From an uncultured Rickettsiales bacterium (GTDB taxonomy: Bacteria; Myxococcota_A; UBA796; UBA9615), in assembly GCA_964620495.1 (NCBI GenBank), contig CAZUHI010000012.1:9018-73017 (forward strand): DNA of 64,000 nt, written 5' to 3'. A program made the position numbers and the translations under genes. The notes below the pieces were generated by a model that saw only the letters and a list, made by a program, of their open reading frames with translations, ran no database searches and was not told the DNA's origin. Positions 44,914 to 54,866 of this stretch are shown one piece after another. Position 1 is the stretch's first letter. Each line of letters starts with the position of its first letter.

Positions 44914-44933
44914 CACTGAAAGTATGTTCAGTG
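44914..44933. promoter_or_regulatory. LexA (SOS) box-like palindrome upstream of imuB
   Basis: CACTGAAAGTATGTTCAGTG (CTG-N10-CAG) ends 8 nt before the imuB ATG. 18/20 identical to the site at 50531. Confidence 0.65.
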
Positions 44934-44940
44934 GTCCGCC

Positions 44941-46512
44941 ATGACGGATCGTCCCCCTCGCATCGCGTGCCTCTACGTCCCCGACTTCCGGCTGCAGGTC
45001 TCGCTCACGCGTCTGGGCGGAGAGCCAGAAGGCGGGCTCGCGCTGGTCGATCCGGATGACGGGCGTCGACTGATCGTGGCGGCCTCGCCCGCGGCGCGCA
45101 TCGACGGTGTGAAGCGGGGGATGACGTCCGTCACGGCCTGCGCCCTCGCGCCGGAGCTCACCGTCCGGGAGATCGATCCCGCGGCGCTGTCGGAGGTCCA
45201 CCTGGAGCTCGAGGACGCGGTGCGCAGCCTCTGTCCGCACTTCGAGACCACGGGCGAGGGGGTGATCTACGCCGCCTTCCACGGGCTGGAGCGTCACTAC
45301 GCAGAGGAGGGGGAGGGGGGCTTCCTCGACGATCTTCGCCTCGCCACCGAGCGACTGGGGCTGCCCGCGCGGGTGGGGATGGCGAGCACTCGGTTCTGCG
45401 CGCGGGCCGCGGCCGTCCTGGAAGGTCGCGTGCCCGGCAGAGGGGTCGCCGCGATCTGCGTCGAGCCGGGCGAGGAGCGGGAGTTCCTCGCACCCCTCCC
45501 CATCGAGCTGCTCCCGAACGCCGCGGACGTGGTGGAGGCGATGTACAAGCTCGGAGTCCGCACCCTCGGACGCTTCGCGGGGCTGCCGTCGCCGGGCATC
45601 GCGCGTCGCTTTCGGGAGCGGGGGGTTGCCCTTCAGCGCCTCGCGGGCGGGGAGGACCGAGGCACACTCATCCCGGTGGACGAGCCGCGCGCCTACACGG
45701 TCCGCGTGCTCAGCGACTACCCCATCGAACGATCCGAGGCGCTGCTGTTCCTCCTGAAGCGCCCCGTCGAGCGTCTCACCGCGGAGCTGGACGCGACGGG
45801 GTGCGCTTGTCGCGCGGTGGAGTGGTCCCTGGAGGTCGAGGGGCTCGAGCCCCAGCGGGGAGTCACTCGCTCGGCGGGCCCCTCGGCGTCGGCCAGGCTC
45901 TGGAACGACCTGCTCAAGGTCACGTTCGAGCGGATGGCGCTCAAGGCCGGGGTCCTCGCGGTGCAGCTGGAAGCGTCCGAGATCGGAGAGCGTCCGACCG
46001 ACCAGGTGCGGCTCACCGGCCCTCGCGCTGCCCCCCCCGGAGCCCTCGCGACCACCCTCGCCCACCTCGCCGCGGAGGTGGGGCCCGAGGGCTTCGGAGT
46101 GCTTCGCCCCTCTCCTTCGGTGCTGCCCGAGCTCCGGTTTCGAGCCGAGCCAGGAGACGGTCCCTTCCCCGCGAGTCCGTTGTCGAAGCGGGATCGAATC
46201 GAGTCCTGGGTGCCCGATCGCGCCCCCATCGGCGCGCTCCCCACGGGGCTGCGGTGCGTGATCCCCCCCGTGCTCGTGGAGCCCGATCTCCGGAGCGGTC
46301 GCCTCGTCGGGTTTCGCTTCGACGGGGGCTTCATGCGCGCCGACCGCGTCCTCGGGCCGTGGGACGTCTCGGGTGAGTGGTGGGAGCCCAACCCCATCCG
46401 TCGACGCTGCTTTCAGGTGGAAGGCGCGGGCAGCGAGGGCGAAGGCAGCGTCGCCCACGTCTTCCTCCAGCCGGACACCGGCTCCTGGTTCCTCACGGCG
46501 TGGTTGGACTAA
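44941..46512 (+). CDS. imuB: ImuB-like Y-family DNA polymerase homolog
   Basis: N-terminal IACLYVPDFRLQ, typical of ImuB/DinB-like proteins. About 520 aa. SOS-box context and linkage to dnaE2. Confidence 0.75.
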   Translation: MTDRPPRIACLYVPDFRLQVSLTRLGGEPEGGLALVDPDDGRRLIVAASPAARIDGVKRGMTSVTACALAPELTVREIDPAALSEVHLELEDAVRSLCPHFETTGEGVIYAAFHGLERHYAEEGEGGFLDDLRLATERLGLPARVGMASTRFCARAAAVLEGRVPGRGVAAICVEPGEEREFLAPLPIELLPNAADVVEAMYKLGVRTLGRFAGLPSPGIARRFRERGVALQRLAGGEDRGTLIPVDEPRAYTVRVLSDYPIERSEALLFLLKRPVERLTAELDATGCACRAVEWSLEVEGLEPQRGVTRSAGPSASARLWNDLLKVTFERMALKAGVLAVQLEASEIGERPTDQVRLTGPRAAPPGALATTLAHLAAEVGPEGFGVLRPSPSVLPELRFRAEPGDGPFPASPLSKRDRIESWVPDRAPIGALPTGLRCVIPPVLVEPDLRSGRLVGFRFDGGFMRADRVLGPWDVSGEWWEPNPIRRRCFQVEGAGSEGEGSVAHVFLQPDTGSWFLTAWLD

Positions 46513-46520
46513 ACGGCCGT

Positions 46521-49500
46521 CTAGGTCCTCGGCCGCTCCTCTCCGATCGGCCGGCCTCGGGCGGTGCGCGACATCAGCGTGACCAGCTCGTCCACCTCGA
46601 ACGGAGCGGATCGCCCCGTCCCTTCGAGCAGGCCCGTCACGAGCTCACGCTTGGCCTGCTGCAGCTCCAGGACACCGTCCTCCACCGTGTCCTCGGCCAC
46701 GAGTCGATACACCGTGACCGGCTGGTCCTGGCCGATGCGGTGGGCGCGATCCGTGGCCTGATCCTCCGCCGACGGGTTCCACCACGGGTCCAGGTGAATG
46801 ACGTACGTAGCCGACGTGAGGTTCAACCCGGTGCCCCCCGCCTTGAGCGAGATCAAGAACACGTCGCCGTCGCCTCGCTGGAACCGATCGACCTCATCCT
46901 CCCGACGCTTGGCGGGGGTGGAGCCGTCGATCCACCGGATCCGGGCCCCGTCCTCCTCCAGCACCGGCCGGACGAGCTTCAGGAGCCCCACGAACTGGCT
47001 GAAGACGAGCGCGGCGTGCCCCTCCTCCCGGAGCTGCCCCACGAGCTCCCGGAGCCGCTCGACCTTCGCCGATCGGGCGACGGACTCGGGATCGACGAGG
47101 GCGGGGTGGCAGGCCAAGCGTCGCAGGCGGGTGAGGTCCGCGAGCGCCTGGAACCGCAGCTTCTTCGCCACCTCGGGGTTCTTTCGGGCGGCCTCCAGTC
47201 GCCCCAGCGCCGCCCGTCGGGCCGCCTCGTAGGCGCGACGGGCGTCTTCGGGCAACGTCACCCGCAGCTCCACCTCGGTGCGCGGAGGGAGCTCGAGCGC
47301 CACCTCCGACTTCAGGCGACGCAGCAGGAAGGGACGGATCGCCGCCGAGAGCGCAGCGCGGGCGGACGCGCTCCCCGTGGCGATGAGACCCCCGTACCGC
47401 TGTCGGAACTGCTGGGCCGAGCCCAGCAGCCCCGGGCACACCGTGTGGAAGAGGGACCAGAGCTCGCCCGCGTGGTTCTCGACCGGGGTTCCCGTGAGCG
47501 CGAGGCGGAAGTTCACGCGCAGCTTCCGCGAGGCCCGCGCGCGGCGGGTGCTCGACGTCTTGATCGCGTGCGCTTCGTCGAAGACCACGGTGCCGAAGGC
47601 GCGCTCGGCGAGCTGCTCCAGGTCCCGCACCATCGTGTCCCAGGTGGTGACCACGACGTCGCCCTGCGTGAGGGCCGCGAAGTCCGTGCTCCGGCGGGGC
47701 CCGCGGTGGAGGAACAAGCGAAGGCCCGGGGCGAAGCGCGCGAGCTCGCGCATCCAGTTGAAGCACACCGAGGTGGGCGCCACCACCAGGCTCGGTCCGG
47801 CGGCTCGACGATGCAGCAGCAGCGCGATCGCCTGGACCGTCTTTCCGAGGCCCATGTCGTCCGCGAGGACCGCGCCGGGGGCCCACTGGGCGAGTCGCGC
47901 GGCCCATCGGTAGCCCGATCGCTGGTACGAGCGAAGCTCCGCCCGCAGCCCCGGCGGGAGCGGGGGGACGAACGTCGCCGCCCCTTCGATGCGCTCCGTG
48001 AGCAGGCGCCAGGAGTCCGGCGAGTCGATCTGCACCCCCAGCGCGCCGAGCCGCTCGACCTGCGGGGCGTGGAGCGGCGAGAGGATCCGCTCCCCCCGCT
48101 GGGCCACGACGCCCGACGTGGCCTCGATCAGCTGATCCCGGACGGTCTCGCTGAGGGCGATCCAGCCGTCGTCGTCCAGACGCACGAACCGGCGCCCCTG
48201 CTCGAGGGCGAGGAGGATCTCGGCGAGGCTCATGGACCCGCCTTCGACCTCGAACCGACCGTCGAGGCTGAACCAGCCGTCCAGTTCTCGGACCCGGAGC
48301 TTCAGATCCGACAGGGCGTCCGCGCGGGCCACCCGCAGCTTCCGTTTGCCGGTCCACTCGGCCACCACGTCCTCTCGGTCGCGAAGCCCGTGTACGACCG
48401 CGGCGACGGCCTCGTCTTCCTCCACGAACCACGCGCCGGGGCCGGATCTGTGTACGGCCGCCAGGCCCAGGGCCGCCGCGAGCTCGCGGGTCCGCGCCGC
48501 TTCGTCTTCCAGGTCTCGCAGGACGTGGACGCGACGCCCTTCGACCTCTCCGAAGAGCACCTCCGGCCCCTCCCCGGGGATCACGATCGGGCCGCCCGGC
48601 AGCGGCCGGAGCCGCGCCGCCACGGCCAAGCCCGACGCCGGCTCCAGCCGCACGCGGAGCACGTCGTCGCAGGGGACCTTCGTGCCGCGAAGCGCCGACG
48701 CGAGCTCCACCGGGATCGCCTGCTCGATCCGGGGCAGTCGCTCCAGCAGGGGGGTGGCCGCGTCCGCGTCGTAGTCCAGCCCGCGGTCTCGGAGGATGCG
48801 CAGCAAGGCGGTCGCCGCGGGGCTCAGGTCGACGAGCACGCAGGTGGCGGTCGACGCGTCCATGAGCGGCGCCGGCGCCCCCGCCACGTCGTGGTCCGCC
48901 AGCCGTCGCAGCTCGTCCGGCCGCAGCGACCGTCCCCCGAGCCGCGGGTCCATGACGAGCCCGCCGTCCAGCCTTCGCTCCACGCCGAGGCTGAGCGTCG
49001 CCCGACGCATCGTCAGCGGGGGGCCTCCCCGACCCCCCAGGAAGACGCGGGGGTGGTCGATGAGCAGCGGCAGCGCCTGCAGGACGTCCTCCTCGGTGAC
49101 CCGCGGCCGGCGCCCGAGATCGTCCAGGAACGCGGGGCAGACGAACCCGGCGATCGTGCGGTCCACGGGCAGCTCGAGCCGGACGGCGCCGGAGCGGAAC
49201 GCCCGTCGGTCGGCGAGGCTCGACGTCCAGCCGCCGCTCCGCTTCGGCGTGCACCGCACGGGCTGAAGCGCCCAGGGCCGACGGGTGTGGTCCAACCGCC
49301 AGCCGAGGGGCTCGGGGGCCGCAGGCTCGGCGTGATCACGGATCCCGTGGGCGTCCAAGGCCTCGTCGAACGCCTCGAACGTGGACTGCCACGCCGGGCG
49401 CCCCAGGTCCTCCTCGAAGGCGCGGCGCGCGGCGGCGTGAGGGGGCGCGGCGAGGACCGCCAGGGCCGCCTGCACGGCACGCAGGGCGTCGGGGCAGGTC

Positions 49501-50456
49501 CTCTTGAGGCTCGCGTCGCACCCGCAGCGCACGGCTTCGGTGGGCACGGCTCGGGGGAGAACCTCGATGGACTCCGAGTGGCGGCGCCCCTGAGCGAACG
49601 ACACCACGAGCGTGGGCGGGTCCTCGACCCACCACAGGGCGGCGTTCTCCCACGTCTCGCGGGGCGGCTCGGCGCGTCCTTGGGCGAGCCAGGCGCGCGC
49701 CTCGAGGAGCCGGTCGTAGGCGTCTCCCCGAGGACCGTCGGGGGGGCGAGGGGGGAGGGGAGGATCGAGGTCCGCGACCGGCCTGCGGGCCCCCGCTTCG
49801 CCACGGAGGTCCAGGACGAGCTGCTCCTGGATCCCACGCGGCACCTTCTTGCTGCGCGGTCCCGGGGCCGCGCCGTGGACGCCGGGGGCCGCCAGCGCTT
49901 GGGCGACGGTCGTGGCTCCGCCGCGCCGGTCCAGCCACGCCTCTTCGGCGTCTCCGAAGGGCTGGACGCGGTGGGACGCGGGCTGATGGAGGACGTCCTC
50001 GACCCCGAAGGCGACGGCCCACCGGTCGAGCTCGTCCGGGTCCACGGGCGGATCCAGGGCCGAGGCGAGCCCCTGGGCGCGCTCGTCCGCCATCACCGCG
50101 CGCATGCCGTCCACCTGACGGGCGTGCCTGCGGGCGCGGGTCACGCTCCTCGAGAGGAAGACCCGAAGCGCCCGGTCGAGGACGGCGACGCCCCGCTCCC
50201 CGCAGTGCTTCTCCAGCAGACGCTCCAGGCCGGGCTCTCGAAGCACGTCCCCCACGCGCTTGAGCCCGAGGCCGCGAATGACTCGCCCGCGCGGGTCGCT
50301 CCAGGAGTTGGGGAGGTCCGCGTCGTACCAGGGCTCCGTCCAGGACGAGGTCATGGCGTGGTCGAGCTTCTGAGCTTGCGCCAGGCGCGCGAGGGCGGGC
50401 CAGTCCGGCGCCTCGCGGATCCCGGGGTGGGCGATGGGGGTGACGTCCAGCGGCAC
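46521..50456 (-). CDS. SNF2-family helicase with a long N-terminal extension
   Basis: LADDMGLGKT (motif I), DEAH, LTGTPVEN, helicase-C motifs SLKAGGTGLNLT and QATDRAHRIGQ. Start uncertain: GTG 50456 or ATG 50354. Confidence 0.85.
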   Translation of the reverse strand: MPLDVTPIAHPGIREAPDWPALARLAQAQKLDHAMTSSWTEPWYDADLPNSWSDPRGRVIRGLGLKRVGDVLREPGLERLLEKHCGERGVAVLDRALRVFLSRSVTRARRHARQVDGMRAVMADERAQGLASALDPPVDPDELDRWAVAFGVEDVLHQPASHRVQPFGDAEEAWLDRRGGATTVAQALAAPGVHGAAPGPRSKKVPRGIQEQLVLDLRGEAGARRPVADLDPPLPPRPPDGPRGDAYDRLLEARAWLAQGRAEPPRETWENAALWWVEDPPTLVVSFAQGRRHSESIEVLPRAVPTEAVRCGCDASLKRTCPDALRAVQAALAVLAAPPHAAARRAFEEDLGRPAWQSTFEAFDEALDAHGIRDHAEPAAPEPLGWRLDHTRRPWALQPVRCTPKRSGGWTSSLADRRAFRSGAVRLELPVDRTIAGFVCPAFLDDLGRRPRVTEEDVLQALPLLIDHPRVFLGGRGGPPLTMRRATLSLGVERRLDGGLVMDPRLGGRSLRPDELRRLADHDVAGAPAPLMDASTATCVLVDLSPAATALLRILRDRGLDYDADAATPLLERLPRIEQAIPVELASALRGTKVPCDDVLRVRLEPASGLAVAARLRPLPGGPIVIPGEGPEVLFGEVEGRRVHVLRDLEDEAARTRELAAALGLAAVHRSGPGAWFVEEDEAVAAVVHGLRDREDVVAEWTGKRKLRVARADALSDLKLRVRELDGWFSLDGRFEVEGGSMSLAEILLALEQGRRFVRLDDDGWIALSETVRDQLIEATSGVVAQRGERILSPLHAPQVERLGALGVQIDSPDSWRLLTERIEGAATFVPPLPPGLRAELRSYQRSGYRWAARLAQWAPGAVLADDMGLGKTVQAIALLLHRRAAGPSLVVAPTSVCFNWMRELARFAPGLRLFLHRGPRRSTDFAALTQGDVVVTTWDTMVRDLEQLAERAFGTVVFDEAHAIKTSSTRRARASRKLRVNFRLALTGTPVENHAGELWSLFHTVCPGLLGSAQQFRQRYGGLIATGSASARAALSAAIRPFLLRRLKSEVALELPPRTEVELRVTLPEDARRAYEAARRAALGRLEAARKNPEVAKKLRFQALADLTRLRRLACHPALVDPESVARSAKVERLRELVGQLREEGHAALVFSQFVGLLKLVRPVLEEDGARIRWIDGSTPAKRREDEVDRFQRGDGDVFLISLKAGGTGLNLTSATYVIHLDPWWNPSAEDQATDRAHRIGQDQPVTVYRLVAEDTVEDGVLELQQAKRELVTGLLEGTGRSAPFEVDELVTLMSRTARGRPIGEERPRT

Positions 50457-50530
50457 GGCAGGAGACTACTCGCGACGGTGGGCGGCGGGGATGAGCGAGG
50501 TTCCACGCGGCCCTTGATTCCGGCGAAGAA

Positions 50531-50550
50531 TACTGAAAATATGTTCAGTG
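50531..50550. promoter_or_regulatory. LexA (SOS) box-like palindrome between the divergent SNF2 helicase and dnaE2 genes
   Basis: TACTGAAAATATGTTCAGTG in an AT-rich island. Overlaps the first in-frame GTG of the dnaE2 ORF. Confidence 0.65.
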
Positions 50551-50565
50551 TCAAACGGAGTCGAA

Positions 50566-53500
50566 TTGGGAAAGACCCAGCGAGGACGGCCCTTCGAGGT
50601 CACGTATTCAGGGGGCGCCCACCGCGGTCGCATCCCGATCCCGATCCACGTACGGCCGTCGCCCGGGCAGGGTCACGTCCCGTACGCCGAGCTGCACGCG
50701 CTCTCCACCTTCTCCTTTCGCCGCGGGGCCTCCACTCCGGAGACACTGATCCGTCAGTCGCGTGAGTTGGGGATCACGGCGCTCGCGATCACGGATCGAG
50801 ACGGTCTGTACGGCTCCGTGAGGCACTGGCTCGAGACGAAGAAGGTGAACGACGAGGAGGACGATCCGGACCCCGACCAGGTCACCAAGTACGACGGGAT
50901 CGGCCCCTATGGATCGACCCGACACCACCTGCGTGAGTCCAGCGTGAGTGATGCAGGCAGCGGCCGTAGGTATCCCGTGCCGGGGGCGATTCACGGCTCA
51001 TCGCTCACGCTCACGGACGGGTCACGCGTCGTCGCCCTCGTTCGCGATCGCGACGGCTGGCGCAACCTCTCGGCGTTGATCACGGAGTCCCGGATGTCCT
51101 GCGAGAAGGGCGACGCCGTGCTGCCGTTCGAGCGCCTGGTCGCGCGCCGGGAGGGCCTCACGATCTTGTCGGGGGGGCGCTTCGGGCCCGTCGATCGCGC
51201 GCTCCTCGGGATCGACGGGCTCTCCACGGTGCCCTGGAAGCCGAAGGGGCCGTGGCGTCGCCCCATCGGGGCCTGGAGTCTGGACGAGGACGGTCGAATC
51301 CCGGACGACACGGACGCCGCCCGGGCCGTGCGTGAGGGCCAGTCGAGCCTGCGTGAGTGGACGACGCAGCGGGATGATCCCGCCGCCCGGCTCCGTCGCG
51401 CCACCGAGACGGCGGCCCGGTTCCGCGACGCGTTCGGAGATCGCTTCTTCCTCGAGGTGCAGGACCACCGACTCCCCGAAGATCAATGGCTGCGCGGGCT
51501 CGTGGGCGGCATCGGCGTGGAGCTCGGGATCCCGCGGGTGGCCACGAACCTCGTGCACTACGCGCTCGCGGAGGACCGTCGACTTCAGGACGTCCTCGCC
51601 TGCGTGAGGCTCAAGACCACGTTGCGTGAGGCGGGGACGCGGCTGCTCCCGAACGCTCACTTCCGCCTCAAGAGCGGGGCCGAGATGGCCGCGATCTTCC
51701 ACGACGATCCGGCCGCGGTAGCGATCACGGTGGACATCGCCCGAGACCACGACTTCGACCTCACGGATCTCCCGTACGCCTTCCCGATCCACCCCACGCC
51801 GTCGGGACACACGCTGCAGACGCTGCTCGAGGAGCGCACCTGGGAGGGGGCCGCCGAGCGGTACGGCGAGCGCTTGGAGACGGATCCCCGCATCAAGGGG
51901 CAGATCCGCCACGAGCTCGACGTCATCGGTCGCATGGGGCTCGCCGGCTACTTCCTCATCGTGCAGGACGTGTCGCTCGAGTGCCGTCGTCGCGGGATCC
52001 TCAGCCAGGGGAGGGGTTCCGCCGCGAACTCCTGTGTCTGCTACTGCCTCTGCATCACGGCCGTCGATCCGATCCGGCTGGAGCTGCTCTTCGAGCGGTT
52101 CCTCTCCGAGGCGCGCGGGGGCTTTCCGGACATCGACATCGACATCTCGAACAGCAAACGCGAGGAGGTGCTGCAGTTCGTCTACGAGAAGTACGGGCGA
52201 GACCACTGCGCCATGGTCTGCAACGTCATCACGTACCACCCGCGGTCCGCGATCCGGGACGTCGGCAAGGCGTTCGGGCTGGGGCTGGACCAGGTCGACC
52301 GCATGGCGAAGGCGCTGTCGCACTACGGGGGGTTGGAGGAGCTGGAGGAGCTCTTCGGTGGGCAGGCGCGCGAGGACGCCTCCGGTTCATGCCTTCGGTT
52401 CGGTGCCTTGGGGGACGACGTTCGGACCCTCGCTCAGGTCGTCGACTTCACCCGTCGGCTGTGTGGGTACCCGAGACACATCGGCATCCACAGCGGCGGC
52501 GTCGTGATCAGCGGCGTGCCGATCGGGGAAGCCTGCCCCACCGAGAACGCGACGATGGTCGATCGCACCGTCCTGCAGTGGGACAAGGACGACGTCGCCC
52601 ACACCGGGCTCGTGAAGATCGACCTGCTCGCGCTCGGGATGTTGTCCGTGATTCAGGAGACGGCGCGGCTCCTCGCGCTTCGGGGCATCGACTTCGACAT
52701 GGCCCACCTCACCTGCGACGACCCCTCCGTCTACGACATGATCTGCGAAGGCGACACCGTCGGGCTGTTCCAGATCGAGAGCCGCGCCCAGATGAACACG
52801 CTGCCTCGGCTGCGCCCCCGCAGCTTCCACGACCTCGTGGTGGAGGTCGCGCTCATCCGCCCGGGGCCGATCCAGGGAGAGATGGTCCACCCCTACGTGC
52901 GTCGGCGGCAGGGCAAGGAGCCCATCGAGTACGCGCACCCGAGCCTGCGACCGATCCTGGAGCGCACGCTCGGCATCCCGCTCTTTCAGGAGCAGGCGAT
53001 GAAGATGGCCATCACGGCAGCGGGTTTCACGCCCGCCGAGGCGGACCGCCTGCGCAAGGTGATGGGCTTCAAGCGGGGCACCGAGGAGCTCGAGCGGCTC
53101 ATGGAGAAGATGGTCTCCGGCATGGAGGCGGGGGGCTTCTCGCCGGAGACGGCGCAGCGCGTGAAGAATCAGCTCCGGGGGTTCTCGGCGTACGGCTTCC
53201 CCGAGAGTCACGCCGCGTCCTTCGCGCTCATCGTCTACGCGTCCGCGCACCTCAAGAAGTACCGAGCGCCGGCGTTCTTCGCGGGGCTGCTCAACTGCCA
53301 GCCGATGGGCTTCTACAGCCCGGCCACGCTCGTGGGGGACGCCCGTCGCCACGGCGTCGTCATCGAGCCGGTGTGCGTCAATCGCTCGGATCACCGCTGG
53401 ACCCTGAGCGGGGAGCGGGGGATCCGGGGCGGGTTCCTGCAGGTGGCCGGGCTTGGCGAAGAGGACGGACGATCCGTCGAGGAGGCGCGTCGCCTCGGGG

Positions 53501-54138
53501 GGCCGTTCCTGGGCGTGGGGGACTTCGCGGATCGCTGCGACCTCGAGCGCCCGGTCCTCGAGAAGCTCGCCGAGGCCGGTGCCTTCACGTGTTTCGGGAT
53601 CACGCGGCGGGAGGCGCTGTGGACGGTGGCGGGGTGGAGACGTCGGCTGCCGCTCGAGGGGTTGGTGCAGGAGCGTGAGATCCCGATCTTCGCGAAGCTC
53701 GGCCCCGCGCAGCTCAACCTGCTCGACCACGCCACCGCCGGGTACAGCTCCGACGAACACCCCCTCGTCCACCTGCGTGACGAGCTCTCCAAGCGCCGGA
53801 TCGTGCCCGCCGAGAGGCTCCTGAGGATGCGCTCCGAGCGGCGCGTCGTGGTGGGGGGCGTGGTGATCACGCGGCAACGGCCCGGCACCGCGAAGGGGGT
53901 GTTCTTCATCACCCTGGAGGACGAGACCGGGTTCGTGAACGTCGTGGTGTGGAAGGACCTCTTCGAGAAGCACCGTCGCCTCCTCCGCGCGGTGCGCTTT
54001 CTCGAGGTCTACGGGACCCTCCAGATCGAGGACGGCGTCGCCAACATCCTGGCGAAGCGGTTCGTCGATCTCGAGCAGGTCTCACTCGGCGGGAAGCGCC
54101 TCGGGTGGGACACCCTCAAGTCGCGGGACTTCCACTGA
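50566..54138 (+). CDS. dnaE2: Error-prone DNA polymerase III alpha-like subunit DnaE2
   Basis: YAELHALSTFSF.RGAS PHP start, polymerase core (GRGSAANS, PDIDID), OB fold near the C-terminus. TTG at 50566 follows GGAG. The alternative GTG at 50548 lies inside the SOS box. Confidence 0.9.
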   Translation: MGKTQRGRPFEVTYSGGAHRGRIPIPIHVRPSPGQGHVPYAELHALSTFSFRRGASTPETLIRQSRELGITALAITDRDGLYGSVRHWLETKKVNDEEDDPDPDQVTKYDGIGPYGSTRHHLRESSVSDAGSGRRYPVPGAIHGSSLTLTDGSRVVALVRDRDGWRNLSALITESRMSCEKGDAVLPFERLVARREGLTILSGGRFGPVDRALLGIDGLSTVPWKPKGPWRRPIGAWSLDEDGRIPDDTDAARAVREGQSSLREWTTQRDDPAARLRRATETAARFRDAFGDRFFLEVQDHRLPEDQWLRGLVGGIGVELGIPRVATNLVHYALAEDRRLQDVLACVRLKTTLREAGTRLLPNAHFRLKSGAEMAAIFHDDPAAVAITVDIARDHDFDLTDLPYAFPIHPTPSGHTLQTLLEERTWEGAAERYGERLETDPRIKGQIRHELDVIGRMGLAGYFLIVQDVSLECRRRGILSQGRGSAANSCVCYCLCITAVDPIRLELLFERFLSEARGGFPDIDIDISNSKREEVLQFVYEKYGRDHCAMVCNVITYHPRSAIRDVGKAFGLGLDQVDRMAKALSHYGGLEELEELFGGQAREDASGSCLRFGALGDDVRTLAQVVDFTRRLCGYPRHIGIHSGGVVISGVPIGEACPTENATMVDRTVLQWDKDDVAHTGLVKIDLLALGMLSVIQETARLLALRGIDFDMAHLTCDDPSVYDMICEGDTVGLFQIESRAQMNTLPRLRPRSFHDLVVEVALIRPGPIQGEMVHPYVRRRQGKEPIEYAHPSLRPILERTLGIPLFQEQAMKMAITAAGFTPAEADRLRKVMGFKRGTEELERLMEKMVSGMEAGGFSPETAQRVKNQLRGFSAYGFPESHAASFALIVYASAHLKKYRAPAFFAGLLNCQPMGFYSPATLVGDARRHGVVIEPVCVNRSDHRWTLSGERGIRGGFLQVAGLGEEDGRSVEEARRLGGPFLGVGDFADRCDLERPVLEKLAEAGAFTCFGITRREALWTVAGWRRRLPLEGLVQEREIPIFAKLGPAQLNLLDHATAGYSSDEHPLVHLRDELSKRRIVPAERLLRMRSERRVVVGGVVITRQRPGTAKGVFFITLEDETGFVNVVVWKDLFEKHRRLLRAVRFLEVYGTLQIEDGVANILAKRFVDLEQVSLGGKRLGWDTLKSRDFH

Positions 54139-54845
54139 TGGGCGCCGCCGCTCCGAAACTCGACGAACTCCGGGACCTGCTTCGGTCGAAGTTCCCCGGC
54201 GCGGGGGTCTTGGATCGACCCGAGTACGGGGTCTTGTCGACCGGCTTGGGCGAGCTCGACGCGGTCCTCCCCGGCGGGGTCCCCCTGGGGGCCATGACGC
54301 TGCTCACGGGAGGGGCGTCCTGCGGCAAGACGGGGATCGCGCTGGCGGCCGCGGCCGGGGTCACCCGGGGGGAGGGGAGGGTCGCGTGGGTGCACGACGG
54401 GTCCCTCTCGGCGCCGTCTCTGGCGCACGCGGGGGTGGCGCCGGAGCGGGTGCTTCAGGTCCGGGCCGAGTCCACCGCCCAGGCCCTGCGCTGCACGGAC
54501 TTCCTCCTTCGCTGGCAGGCGTTCCACTTCCTCGTGCTCGACTGGCCCCGACCGGCCGCCCGAGGCCCCGCGTGGAATCGGCTGAACCGCTTGGTCACCG
54601 GAGCGCCCCACGCGCTGATGGTGCTCTGCGCGCCACGGCCCCCCGGATCTCCGGTTCGGTTCTGCGCGGCGGTGCACCTCCGCGTCGAGCGCCACGACGG
54701 CGGCACCCGAGTCAAGCTGGCGAAGTCTCGATTCACGCGCGCGAGCGAACACGCCGTGCTCCGTCGCCGAGGGATGCCGGGCGCTCCGTTCGAGCTGCTC
54801 CCCGAGCACCCCGGTCTGGGACAGCGCCGCCACGAAGACTGGTGA
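54138..54845 (+). CDS. imuA: ImuA-like RecA-fold protein
   Basis: STGLGELDAVLPGGVPLGAMTLL and GGASCGKTG resemble ImuA/SulA-like cassette proteins. The ATG shares one nucleotide with the dnaE2 TGA. Confidence 0.6.
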   Translation: MGAAAPKLDELRDLLRSKFPGAGVLDRPEYGVLSTGLGELDAVLPGGVPLGAMTLLTGGASCGKTGIALAAAAGVTRGEGRVAWVHDGSLSAPSLAHAGVAPERVLQVRAESTAQALRCTDFLLRWQAFHFLVLDWPRPAARGPAWNRLNRLVTGAPHALMVLCAPRPPGSPVRFCAAVHLRVERHDGGTRVKLAKSRFTRASEHAVLRRRGMPGAPFELLPEHPGLGQRRHEDW

Positions 54846-54866
54846 CGTCCGGGTAGAGTCCAGCCC

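Noticed and set aside
49494-49526. SWIM zinc-finger in the N-terminal region of the SNF2 helicase (RCGCDASLKRTCPDA).
   Set aside because: The CxC...C spacing is reminiscent, but the terminal CxH is missing (CPD instead). It cannot be called canonical SWIM from sequence alone.
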